Below are positions 35,207 through 43,829 of a stretch of DNA of 43,829 bases, in pieces. Positions within the stretch are counted from its first letter, which is position 1; each line of letters opens with the position of its first letter. The notes beneath the pieces are model-generated. The model was not told where the DNA came from. It saw only the letters and a list, made by a program, of their open reading frames with translations, and made no database searches. Made by a program: the position numbers and the translations under genes. Origin of the DNA: a virus (Duplodnaviria > Caudoviricetes); IMG/VR virus record IMGVR_UViG_3300037869_000010, positions 1-43,829 of that record. One strand, written 5' to 3'.

Positions 35207-38200
35207 CTAGGCGAGTAAACCGTAACTTTGCAGATCATCAATCACGCCATTGAGGACGTTTTGGGTCACCACCATGTTAGCTTTCAGTGCGAGAACCTCC
35301 GCGTGGATTGCTGAGGCCATCGCTGCTGTGCTATAACCATTGGCGCCAGCTCCGTAAGTGGCTGGGTCGGTCATGGTGGTTTGGGTGATGGTGTGACTGG
35401 CCGTCGCGTAGGTCTGCGTGAAGGCACCTGCGCGGGCAACGGGGCCAATTCCAAAGAATCCGATCTGTCGCACCCCTGATATTGATGCCACCTGGACACC
35501 GATTTGGTTGTTGGCAGCAATTGATGTCGTGTAGTTAGCGCCGGCAGCGAGACTGCAATCCAGCGTCGTCGAACCGGTTGCCCCGGCCAGCACGTCGTTG
35601 GTATTGAGGGAGAGATGGCCAGAGGCGAATGAAAGATTCGCCGACGATGCGATCGCACTTCCGTCGGAGTAGAGGATTCGCCCGCTGGTGATGCTGGTGG
35701 TGATTTTGGTGATGTCCAACGTGGGAATATCCAACGCCACTAGCGCGCGAAACGTCGGCGCCGCGGCCGAGCCGCTGGCCGGTCCGCCAAAGATCAGGTT
35801 TTGCGCCTGCGTGATGGCGGTAAACGTCAGCGCCGGCGTCGTTGTCGCCGTCGCCTCCGCCGTGGTGAACAGTGGCGAAAAATCGCCCGCGCTGAAACTG
35901 GTCACCGTGCCCTTGGCTGCCAGGTCGGCCACCAGGTTGGTGACATCACTCTGGGCGATCAGGGTCGAGACCAGATTCTTGCTCGCATCCGTCTTGACGA
36001 ACTGCGACGCCGTGAGGCCCGCGATGTTCACCACGCCGGCGATCAGCGTCAGCGCGGCGGCGCCGCTGTTCTGGAACGTGATATCGCCCCCGCGCATGAT
36101 GATCGGTTTCCAGACGCCCCCGGACCGATTGTACGAAGTGATGTAACTGGTCGGGCTGTTGTACTCGAGCTCGAGCGAGCCCGAACCGTCCGGCGCCGCC
36201 AGCGCGCCTTTGATCTGGATGCCAGCGCTGAAATCCGCCACGGCGCTCAATGTTTGCTTGAGCGACCACGTGTTGGCCGTGCCGAATAAATCGAAGCTGA
36301 CGAGGTTCTTGCTCGCGTCTGTCTTGACGAAGAGCGAGGCGGTGAGGCCGGCCATGTTGACAGTGCCCGTGAAACTCGGGCTGGCCAACGGCGCTTTGAG
36401 CGCCAGGACCGTGTCGAGATCGTAGCTCACCAGGTTCTTGCTCGCGTCGGTTTTGACCACTTGCGACGCGGTGAGCCCCGGCACATTCAGCACGCCGGCG
36501 ATCAACGTCAGCGCGGTGGCGCCGCTGTTCTGCAACGTGATGTTGCCCCCGCGGATGATGATCGGTTTCCAGAGAGACCCCGTGCGATCGTAGCTCGTGA
36601 AATAACTGGTCGCCCCGTTGTATTCGATCTCGACGGACCCAGCGCCAGCCGGCGACGCGATCGCGCCCAACACCTGGATCCCCCCGCTGATGTCCGCCCG
36701 GCCGCTCATTGCCAGGAAACCGCCCGCCGGCGGCGTGAGGCTGCCGATGTTCAACCCGCCACTGATGCCGAGGCCAGCCGTGTTGATTTGCACGATAGCC
36801 GTCGGCGTGTAGGTGTTGCCGCTCGTCAGCCCGGTATTGGCGTAAAGCGTGGTGGTCGCCCCGTCCGTCTTGATGAGCGTTGCGGCCGTCGAGCGCGCCG
36901 TCCAATCCGCCACGTAATTCGCGCCGGTGCAGAGGAACGAACGATTGATCGTGTCAGTGATCACGTAGAAACCGCCCAGCGTGCTGTCGCTCGAGAAATG
37001 GAGCTGGGCCGTGGCGATGCCCAGCGCGTTGCCGCGCAGGTCGCACAGGAATGCCGGGTCGCTGGCGCCCAGGCCGAATCGATGGTTGGCCGTGTCGAAT
37101 CGGAAAAGGTTGGGATACTCACCCAGGCAAAAGGACGGGGTATAACCGCGATGCCACTGGCTACCCTGGCGCTCGCGCGGGTATTGCATCTGGTTCATCG
37201 CCTGGAGAAAAGCCGAGGCGATGTGGGCCATGCCCGTGTCGTTCGGATGGATGCCATCGGCCGAGATGTCCGTGGTGACGTCGTAGAACGCGCTCGAATC
37301 CACCGCCACCACGTTCAGGCCATCGGCCGCCAGACGCTTGCACACCGCCAGGATCCGCCGGTTGATCCCATACACGGCCGTATCCGACCCTTGATCGTAA
37401 GGCGCGCCCGAGGCGTAACCGGTGGAATTGAGTCGGCAGCAGTTGCCGCAGAAAACATTGGGCCCCGTGCGCAAGCTGATCCCGCCATTGGCCCCGCACC
37501 AATCGATCTGCACCTCGGCCGAGCTCGTCAGCGTGACGACCACCAGGTGATCGATGTCGGGCAGATTCGCGATCCGGACCAGGAACGGGGAATAGACCTT
37601 GCCCCAGGCGGTCGTATCTCCGCCCGAGCAGAGGTAAGGGCCGAACACCGTGCCGTCCACGCTCACCGTGAACGCGCCGCCGGCCGTCGTCAGCCGGGTG
37701 GCCCCCACGTAAACCACCGAGCCGCGCGCGGTGAAACTGAGCGTGTCCCCGGTCGTCGACGATTTCTTGCCGGTAGTGATCGCATAGCGGGTAGTCGCGG
37801 ACCAGGTCCCGACAGCCGAGCCCGCGCTGCCGAGCGTGCGCCGGTTGCTCGGGATTGCCAGCCAGGCCAGCGCGGCCATCAAGGCATCCTCGTAATTCTG
37901 GAGCAGGGCAGCGTTCGTGCCGCGCGTGCGCATGTCATTGACCCCGCTGAGCAGCGTGTAGGTTTGGTCGTACCAACTGGCCGTCGCGTAAATGAGATCG
38001 ATCTGGCCAGTGTCCGCGAGCTGGGAGCCGCTCACGCCGACGTTGGTCAGCGTGTAATTCTTGCCCGCGCAAATGAGGTTCGTATAACGCAGAGCGGTCG
38101 TGGAAGCGGCATTGCCCGCGGTGATCGAATCGCCGAAAGCGCACATGGCCACCGCGCCGGCCTGGCTGAGATCGCCCAGGGCCGCGGTGGCTCCCACCGT

Positions 38201-39277
38201 CATATTCCCGCCAATCAGCGAGAGAGCGGTGGCGCCGCTGTTCTGAAACGTGAGGTCGGACCCGCGGATGACGAGCGGTTTCCAGACGGCGCCCGCGCGG
38301 TTGTACGAGGTGATGTAACTGGTGGGATTGTTGTACTCGATTTCCAACGATCCCGAACCATCGGGCGCGGCGAGGGCGCCTTTGATTTGGACTGCGGCGT
38401 TGAAATCGGCCGTTGCGCCGAAGGTTTGTTTCGAAGGCCAATAATTTGCCGCGGCCAGGTCCGCTTTATTCGAGAGATGCGAGACCAGGTTCGAGACGTC
38501 CGATTCGACCAGGGCATCCCAGGCCGGCGCGGCGCTCAGCGTGCCTGTGCCCGTCTGGCGCAGATACTTTTTGATGGCCGTGGCATTGCCCGCGAGCGTG
38601 GCCATGCCGCCAATCGCATCGCCGAAGAGCAAATCGCCCAGCGCGTGCGTGGTGATGGACGCATCCGAGTCATCCTCGAGCGCCCAAGCGTGCGAGGCTT
38701 GGTTGGTGTCTTCCCAGGTGATCGACTCCGGATCGATGCCATCGCCGGCGGGCCCGTCGTCCGTGGCGTCCGTGCCGCCTTTGACCTTTGAGACCGCCAG
38801 GATGATCTCCCCGACATACCACGGCCGCACGACGATGTGTTCCTCGGTAATGGCGCCCTGGGTGGCCGTGCGCCGCGCGCCCATCAGATCGCCGACGTCG
38901 TAATCGAACGTGATGCCGTCGATGGTTTGGCCGTCCCAATCCGTTACGCGCAGCTCCCATGCTTTTGCGACCTTGATGTAATCGGCGGGAGTGGCTTCGC
39001 CGATCGGCGGGTGTTGGCCGTCCTCGTCGTACTTGAGGCAGAGGAACCAATCCCACTCGACCTCCATGACGATCATCCGCTGCTCGGTGATCCCGCCGCT
39101 GCCGCCGCCGGCCGGGAAGTCAATGAGCTGCGTCGTGCCGTGCGGCGTGACCTTGAGCCGGTAGCCCACGCCCGACACGATCTGGTTCTGCTGCCCGAAC
39201 ATCTGCAGCTCGCGCAGGTAAGACATGAGCGCGGGATCGCGCCCGGTGAGGGAAGGGAGACGGGGAGGGCGAAGCAT
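35207..39277 (-). CDS. tail tip/fibre protein with an SGNH hydrolase domain and internal repeats
   Basis: FGDSIT, GVSG, GVND and DGIHPN blocks; three ~68-aa repeats; GLTAS..VKTDASKNLVS x3. Confidence 0.75.
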   Translation of the reverse strand: MLRPPRLPSLTGRDPALMSYLRELQMFGQQNQIVSGVGYRLKVTPHGTTQLIDFPAGGGSGGITEQRMIVMEVEWDWFLCLKYDEDGQHPPIGEATPADYIKVAKAWELRVTDWDGQTIDGITFDYDVGDLMGARRTATQGAITEEHIVVRPWYVGEIILAVSKVKGGTDATDDGPAGDGIDPESITWEDTNQASHAWALEDDSDASITTHALGDLLFGDAIGGMATLAGNATAIKKYLRQTGTGTLSAAPAWDALVESDVSNLVSHLSNKADLAAANYWPSKQTFGATADFNAAVQIKGALAAPDGSGSLEIEYNNPTSYITSYNRAGAVWKPLVIRGSDLTFQNSGATALSLIGGNMTVGATAALGDLSQAGAVAMCAFGDSITAGNAASTTALRYTNLICAGKNYTLTNVGVSGSQLADTGQIDLIYATASWYDQTYTLLSGVNDMRTRGTNAALLQNYEDALMAALAWLAIPSNRRTLGSAGSAVGTWSATTRYAITTGKKSSTTGDTLSFTARGSVVYVGATRLTTAGGAFTVSVDGTVFGPYLCSGGDTTAWGKVYSPFLVRIANLPDIDHLVVVTLTSSAEVQIDWCGANGGISLRTGPNVFCGNCCRLNSTGYASGAPYDQGSDTAVYGINRRILAVCKRLAADGLNVVAVDSSAFYDVTTDISADGIHPNDTGMAHIASAFLQAMNQMQYPRERQGSQWHRGYTPSFCLGEYPNLFRFDTANHRFGLGASDPAFLCDLRGNALGIATAQLHFSSDSTLGGFYVITDTINRSFLCTGANYVADWTARSTAATLIKTDGATTTLYANTGLTSGNTYTPTAIVQINTAGLGISGGLNIGSLTPPAGGFLAMSGRADISGGIQVLGAIASPAGAGSVEIEYNGATSYFTSYDRTGSLWKPIIIRGGNITLQNSGATALTLIAGVLNVPGLTASQVVKTDASKNLVSYDLDTVLALKAPLASPSFTGTVNMAGLTASLFVKTDASKNLVSFDLFGTANTWSLKQTLSAVADFSAGIQIKGALAAPDGSGSLELEYNSPTSYITSYNRSGGVWKPIIMRGGDITFQNSGAAALTLIAGVVNIAGLTASQFVKTDASKNLVSTLIAQSDVTNLVADLAAKGTVTSFSAGDFSPLFTTAEATATTTPALTFTAITQAQNLIFGGPASGSAAAPTFRALVALDIPTLDITKITTSITSGRILYSDGSAIASSANLSFASGHLSLNTNDVLAGATGSTTLDCSLAAGANYTTSIAANNQIGVQVASISGVRQIGFFGIGPVARAGAFTQTYATASHTITQTTMTDPATYGAGANGYSTAAMASAIHAEVLALKANMVVTQNVLNGVIDDLQSYGLLA

Positions 39278-39280
39278 AAA

Positions 39281-39375
39281 TTAAGCTCCAAATCCCAAGC
39301 ACCCAAATCCCAAACTGATCAGCTTGGAGCTTGGAGCTTGGAGCTTGGAGCTTTCTTGGGGAGCTTGGAGCTTAA
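39281..39375. repeat. heptamer hairpin element, family J
   Basis: TTAAGCTCCAA ... tandem TTGGAGC ... TTGGAGCTTAA. Confidence 0.85.
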
Positions 39376-39378
39376 TCA

Positions 39379-40209
39379 TCATGCAATGAACGTGAACAGG
39401 CCCACCGGATCATTCGGATACTCGCCGTATTGCCAGTCCTGTTGGATCGCGAAATAGCCGCGGCCAGTGCGGCGGATGCTCGGGGCGCCTTTGAGCCAGC
39501 CCCAGGTGAAACCCGCGCGCGCGACCGGAGCTGCCGGAAAAGCGAAGAGCACATCCGAAGGCACGCCCTCGGCCAAATAAAGCGCGGCCGTGCTCAGCAC
39601 CGCGCCGACGAAAGTCACGGACAGCTGTTGGTCGTAACGTGACGAAACGGTTTCGGACAGGCGCAAACAAGGCAGGTAACGCGGCACGCCGCGCATTCCG
39701 GAAATGCCGAGCAAGGCCAATTGGTTGGCCAGGTCCGCGACAGCTTGCGAGGAACAATTGCCGCCGCCATCCACGAACCAGTCGAACTCGAACGTCAATA
39801 GCCGCGGGTCAGCAATCACCGCGCGAATCACCGCCAGGACTGTCGAAGGCAACGTGCCTTCGTCCGAATCGGTATTGTCATCGAACTCCTCATCTTTGAG
39901 CGTCCAGGCGACCGGCGTTTCGAGGAGGTCCAGCTCGACCATGGTGGGGATTACCTCCCAGGTAATTTCCAGCTCCGGATCATTGAGAGTGAGCTCAGCG
40001 CGGACGAGCGGAGTGTTTTCATCGGGGCTGATTTGGATCTCGTCATAGTCGAGTTTCCAGCCCGCGACGCGGGCGAGCATATCGTCCTCGATGCCGGTGA
40101 CGATGTCCACGGTGCGCCCGCCCACCCCGCGCTGCCACGATCGATGCGATTTGATTTGGCGCGGGAGATCGGAGCCGGCGACGTAGAAGTTGAGAGGAAT
40201 TGGCGGCAT
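39379..40209 (-). CDS. putative distal tail/hub protein
   Basis: 276 aa between tape measure and fibre; synteny only. Confidence 0.45.
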   Translation of the reverse strand: MPPIPLNFYVAGSDLPRQIKSHRSWQRGVGGRTVDIVTGIEDDMLARVAGWKLDYDEIQISPDENTPLVRAELTLNDPELEITWEVIPTMVELDLLETPVAWTLKDEEFDDNTDSDEGTLPSTVLAVIRAVIADPRLLTFEFDWFVDGGGNCSSQAVADLANQLALLGISGMRGVPRYLPCLRLSETVSSRYDQQLSVTFVGAVLSTAALYLAEGVPSDVLFAFPAAPVARAGFTWGWLKGAPSIRRTGRGYFAIQQDWQYGEYPNDPVGLFTFIA

Positions 40210-40233
40210 CTAACCGAAGGGGGCCAAGTAAAC

Positions 40234-40355
40234 GTAGGACAGGCGTCTCGCCTGTCTCTGCGCGCACGAAGTGCCGCGCAGGTTTGGGTTTTGACGGGGG
40301 TTGTCAACGGCGCTCTGACGCGCCGTTGACCAGACAGGCGAGACGCCTGTCCTAC
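40234..40355. repeat. REP family A element
   Basis: Exact arms; supplies the TAG of the receiver-domain gene. Confidence 0.92.
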
Positions 40356-40816
40356 GTTGCTTCGAGCTTGGCCGCGATCGCCGCGAGCAGGTCGTCCCAA
40401 TCAAAAGGCTTTTCGAAAAAGCCGGCGTGCAATTCGGCGGCGCGCTGGCGCAGGCCCGGTTGTTTGCTGGCGGTGATGAAGATGATCGGGATAACCAGGT
40501 TCAAAGCTTCCAATTGCTGGGCGACCTCCAAACCGCTACCTCGCGCCATGAAGATGTCCATCAGGATTAGATCAGGCGGGTGATTACTCAGCGCCGCCAG
40601 ATAGCTGCTCACGCCATCCATGGCGACTTGCACCTGGTAGCCAGCGGCTGCCAGGCGGATCTCGAGCGCCGCGCGGATCCGCGGGTCGTCTTCGGCGAGG
40701 AGAATTCGTCGGAGCGTCGGAGCGTGGGGAGCGTCGGAGCGTGGCTCCGGCAAAGCGCCAGCACGCTCTGACGCTTTGACGCTCTGACGCTCTGACGCTT
40801 CAGTCGCTTCAGTCAC
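40352..40816 (-). CDS. stand-alone response-regulator receiver (CheY-like) protein
   Basis: ILLAEDD, PDLILMDIFM, IIFITA and EKPF motifs; N-terminal ~35 aa repeat-derived. Confidence 0.85.
   Translation of the reverse strand: MTEATEASERQSVKASERAGALPEPRSDAPHAPTLRRILLAEDDPRIRAALEIRLAAAGYQVQVAMDGVSSYLAALSNHPPDLILMDIFMARGSGLEVAQQLEALNLVIPIIFITASKQPGLRQRAAELHAGFFEKPFDWDDLLAAIAAKLEAT
40707..40799. repeat. family E element in frame at a gene N-terminus
   Basis: Core AGCGTGGCTCCGGCAAAGCGCCAGCACGCT is the reverse complement of the 26787-type core. Confidence 0.88.
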
Positions 40817-41937
40817 GGCACGCTCGAATCCCCGCCGCCTACGGATTTATTGGGCCGTGTGTTCTGCTCGATCTTCTGCTGGATCTGGACTGAGCGGCCG
40901 AGCATGTGTTCCATCGGGTTTTGACCGCCGCGCGTGAACGCGAAATTGCCCAGGGCCACGAGGTTCGTGGCGGCGTCGTGGTGGACGGCGCGACCGGCGG
41001 AAGTGGGCTTGAGGGATTTGGCGTTCTCGGCGATCTCGCGCTCGGTTTCTTCGCGGTCGGCCTGGTCCTTTTGTTTGCCCTTGAGTTTTGCCTCGAGCCG
41101 TTTGATCTCGGCTTCACCTTCCGGATCGCCCCCGGCAAGCTTGCCCAGGCCGCTGACGGCCGCGGCGCCGGCTTTCAAGCCGAGCATGCCGGGCAGAACG
41201 TTCGAGAGCTGGATCACCTTGCCCAACGGTTCGGAGAGCTTCTCGAGCAGGGTGACCAACGGGCCGGCCGCATCGAGGTAACTCGCCGTCGCGATCTTCT
41301 TAATCCGTTTGAAGCTGCGCTCGATCTTCTCGAGCCGTTCCAGCAGCTCGGTATCCAGCAGTCCGCCCGCGGCGCGGATCTGTTCTTCGGTCTCGCTCAG
41401 CCCTTTGGAGAGTGTGCCCCGCAAATTCATCGCTACTTTGCCCCCGAGCAAATCGCGCAGAGAAGTCAGCTCGCGCGAGGTCCGGGACATTTTGGTCATC
41501 TCGGTGGACATCTCGCGCAGGATGGCGACCGGGGAATTCTTGAGGGCGTCCCCCGAGATACCGAAGAAACTGAACGCCTTGGCCTCCTTAGTGTCCGGCC
41601 CTTCGAGCAAAGCTTTCTTGCGGGCTTCCGCCAGGTGCGAGAGGCCCGAGGCGAGTTTCTCGACGGAGCTGCCATTTTTCTGCAGCATGATGTCCCAGGC
41701 CTGCGCGGTCTGGGGGAGCACATCGAGTTCCTCGGCGGCGATGCGGATTTCCTTGCCCATCTCGACCATGCCCTGCACGGCCGAAATAATGGCCCCCGCA
41801 GTGAAGGCGCTGGTGATCTTGGATTTGAGATCGTTCAGGCCCACCCCGAATTGGGTGTTGATGTCTTTGGCCTGTTTGACCTTGCGCTGATAATCCGCCG
41901 TATCGAGGGAAAGTTTGGCTTTGAGTTCGGCAGGCAT
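40813..41937 (-). CDS. short tape measure protein
   Basis: AELKAKLSLDT..Y start, helical, AFSFFGIS motif; follows tube and chaperone genes. Confidence 0.65.
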   Translation of the reverse strand: MPAELKAKLSLDTADYQRKVKQAKDINTQFGVGLNDLKSKITSAFTAGAIISAVQGMVEMGKEIRIAAEELDVLPQTAQAWDIMLQKNGSSVEKLASGLSHLAEARKKALLEGPDTKEAKAFSFFGISGDALKNSPVAILREMSTEMTKMSRTSRELTSLRDLLGGKVAMNLRGTLSKGLSETEEQIRAAGGLLDTELLERLEKIERSFKRIKKIATASYLDAAGPLVTLLEKLSEPLGKVIQLSNVLPGMLGLKAGAAAVSGLGKLAGGDPEGEAEIKRLEAKLKGKQKDQADREETEREIAENAKSLKPTSAGRAVHHDAATNLVALGNFAFTRGGQNPMEHMLGRSVQIQQKIEQNTRPNKSVGGGDSSVP

Positions 41938-41946
41938 ATTTTAAGA

Positions 41947-42011
41947 AGAGGTCAGAGGTCGGAGGTCAGAGGTCAGTGCGCCGGCTCGCCGTTTCGCCGG
42001 CTCGCCGTTTC
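41947..42011. repeat. family H heptamers (41947-41976) next to family G octamers (41979-42011)
   Basis: Tandem CAGAGGT and CGCCG units; the G units encode the chaperone C-terminus. Confidence 0.75.
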
Positions 42012-42605
42012 CTCTTCAGCGGCCGCCACCTTGGCGTAGTGCTCGCGCGCGATGCGGTCCATCTCGGCGTCTTCGTCGCTCTTGACGCGCAGGACCTGTT
42101 CCTGTTCGCGGATCGCGATGTAATCGCAGTAGGTCTTGCCGAGGGGCTGGTTCCAGATCTCGACGTCGGTCAGGTTGGTGAGCTTGTGCAGGTTGAGATA
42201 AACGATCTGCCAGAAGGGTGAGCCGATCGCTTGGGATTCTCCGCCCGACTGCGTGAAGTAAGCTGGCATCGTGTCCGCCGCGCGGATGTAACGCATGAAC
42301 TCGGTCACCTCTTCGTTCAGATCGAGCTTGGCCGCTTTGGCGCCCCATTCCTCAAGGGTCTTCTGAGTGGCCTCGCTTGGGGTGGCCATGTCGCCGAGGA
42401 ACTCGACGCCCGCAGCGAACGTGTCCGCGCAAAGGATGACCGCCAGGATCAGATCGCCCAGCTCGACGACTTTGGCCTCACGGCTGACAAAGGGAGATTC
42501 AACCCGGCGCAACACGACCAGGTGGCCGAGCGAGAAAGGACGCAAACGCACGCCCAGGCACCACGCAGGGTCGGGGATGAGGGCGGTGAGGAAGTTGGAT
42601 TCCAT
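41973..42605 (-). CDS. putative tail assembly chaperone
   Basis: LGVRLRPFSLGH start; lies between tube and tape measure genes. Confidence 0.5.
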   Translation of the reverse strand: MESNFLTALIPDPAWCLGVRLRPFSLGHLVVLRRVESPFVSREAKVVELGDLILAVILCADTFAAGVEFLGDMATPSEATQKTLEEWGAKAAKLDLNEEVTEFMRYIRAADTMPAYFTQSGGESQAIGSPFWQIVYLNLHKLTNLTDVEIWNQPLGKTYCDYIAIREQEQVLRVKSDEDAEMDRIAREHYAKVAAAEEETASRRNGEPAH

Positions 42606-42618
42606 TTATTCGACGGGC

Positions 42619-42697
42619 GGAGCGCGGCGTTCACGCCGCTTCAACTCACGAATTCCTGGAGCTTACGGGCACTGAAGCGGCGTGAACGCCGCGCTCC
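42619..42697. repeat. 79-bp family B element
   Basis: Exact arms. Confidence 0.92.
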
Positions 42698-42698
42698 G

Positions 42699-43133
42699 TT
42701 ACGCGTTGACCACTCTGGACAGGTCGTTCGCCACGCGATATTCGATCGGCAAATTCACGCGCACGGGATTGCTGTTGTTGTCCAGGTCGAACGTCGCGCC
42801 GCCGAGGTAAACCCATGTCGAGCCATTGAGCCAGGGCAACGGGAAACCGGCCAAAGTCACGCGCGAGGCCAGGGGCGGGGCCACGGCCTGGGCCACCGCG
42901 TTGGCCACGGAATTGGACCCGCTTGTGTCCGCCGGGATTAAATGGATGGTGGCCTTATACCCTTCGTTGCAACAGACGACTGTGCAGTCGTTGCCGTTAG
43001 CATCTTTGACGAGAGCCTTCTCCGCTTCGTGCGTGGCGGAGATCGATTGAGTGAGGGAAAGGTAAGTGGCAATGCCAGAGAAAACGATGTTGCCAGTGAC
43101 GCCGGTGACGACTGCTGTGCCTGATACGAGCAT
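42699..43133 (-). CDS. putative major tail tube protein
   Basis: 144 aa, beta-rich, own TTGACT motif; synteny. Confidence 0.55.
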   Translation of the reverse strand: MLVSGTAVVTGVTGNIVFSGIATYLSLTQSISATHEAEKALVKDANGNDCTVVCCNEGYKATIHLIPADTSGSNSVANAVAQAVAPPLASRVTLAGFPLPWLNGSTWVYLGGATFDLDNNSNPVRVNLPIEYRVANDLSRVVNA

Positions 43134-43156
43134 ATACTCGTAGCAGCCGAGTCAAT

Positions 43157-43266
43157 GTAGGACAGGCGTCTCGCCTGTCTTCCGGGTGAGGGGACCGAAG
43201 GTGGGAGCGGCCTGGGCGCGGCACTCCGTGCGCGCCCCCGGAAGACAGGCGAGACGCCTGTCCTAC
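43157..43266. repeat. REP family A element
   Basis: Exact arms; supplies the TAG of the upstream gene. Confidence 0.92.
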
Positions 43267-43802
43267 GTTTCCGGCGGACTCTCGACGCCCGTGCCCCCCA
43301 GCGGGAATTGCGGGATGATGCGCGCGGCGCAGCAATACACCTCGAGCACAAGCGTGTCGCGGTAATTGCGGCCTTCCACCGAGTGGTCCAGGTCGATGGT
43401 CAGAAAATCAAAGACGTAAAAATCAGCCACTACGCGGTTGAGCCAATCCTTGCAGATCGGGCTGGTCAAAATGTCGAACACGGTGGCGGCGTTCCGGGCG
43501 TGCACTTCCTCGGGCGGCTGGCTGACCACGTCGGTGGCCACGCTGCCGTCGTCCACCGATTCGTCCGCGCTGCCCACGACGCTGATGGCGACGTTGATCT
43601 TGTAGTTGCCCGAGCGGATCGGTTCTTCCGGACCGCCCCGGGCGCTGATCTCCACGCGGTTGGCCACTTTCTCGTCCGAGTCGTGTCCCGTGAAACAGTG
43701 GGGCTTGGGAACGGCCACCTGGTTGTTCACGATGAAGTCGTAGAATGCGCGCTCGGCTTTGGAGCAGAGGCTGCTGAAGGGGGGGGAGGGGAGGAGGGGC
43801 AT
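43263..43802 (-). CDS. putative tail terminator protein
   Basis: 179-aa acidic protein preceding the tube gene; synteny. Confidence 0.45.
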   Translation of the reverse strand: MPLLPSPPFSSLCSKAERAFYDFIVNNQVAVPKPHCFTGHDSDEKVANRVEISARGGPEEPIRSGNYKINVAISVVGSADESVDDGSVATDVVSQPPEEVHARNAATVFDILTSPICKDWLNRVVADFYVFDFLTIDLDHSVEGRNYRDTLVLEVYCCAARIIPQFPLGGTGVESPPET

Positions 43803-43813
43803 GGGTTTTTATT

Positions 43814-43829
43814 GTAGGACAGGCGTCTC
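43814..43829. repeat. REP family A left arm, cut by the window end
   Basis: GTAGGACAGGCGTCTC. Confidence 0.85.

Noticed and set aside
36461-38791. 776-aa plus-strand ORF and other long antisense ORFs (e.g. 2501, 33377, 40906)
   Set aside because: Shadow frames of GC-rich genes; Arg/Ala-rich with no recognisable motifs
39118-39123. Additional TTGACT motif
   Set aside because: Inside the fibre coding sequence with no start codon at the expected spacing
35207-39277. Diversity-generating retroelement template/variable repeat pair in the fibre
   Set aside because: No reverse transcriptase; the repeats are all coding and differences are not confined to adenines

Overview
The window looks like a near-complete, circularly permuted temperate tailed-phage genome. 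It is GC-rich, and a Verrucomicrobia/PVC-like host is an inference only. The minus strand carries a lambda-like head module (terS, terL/gpA, portal, S49 protease, capsid), neck and tail genes, fibres and a tyrosine integrase. A divergent pair of ribbon-helix-helix regulators at 23.1-23.7 kb opens a plus-strand early operon. Main discovery: that operon ends in what reads as a complete integron, with an IntI-type integrase (31433-32383), an attI-like junction and five attC sites (28891-31231). Every cassette gene lies antisense to its attC, starts inside its own attC, and often takes its stop codon from the neighbouring attC, so cassettes slot into the phage operon. The genome also holds about 40 short palindromic or tandem-repeat elements of about ten families. 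Many are translated, as in-frame inserts, as signal peptides, or as mini-ORFs that bridge neighbouring genes. A TTGACT-N16/17-start motif precedes six minus-strand genes. All product calls come from motif recognition and synteny; no database search was run.
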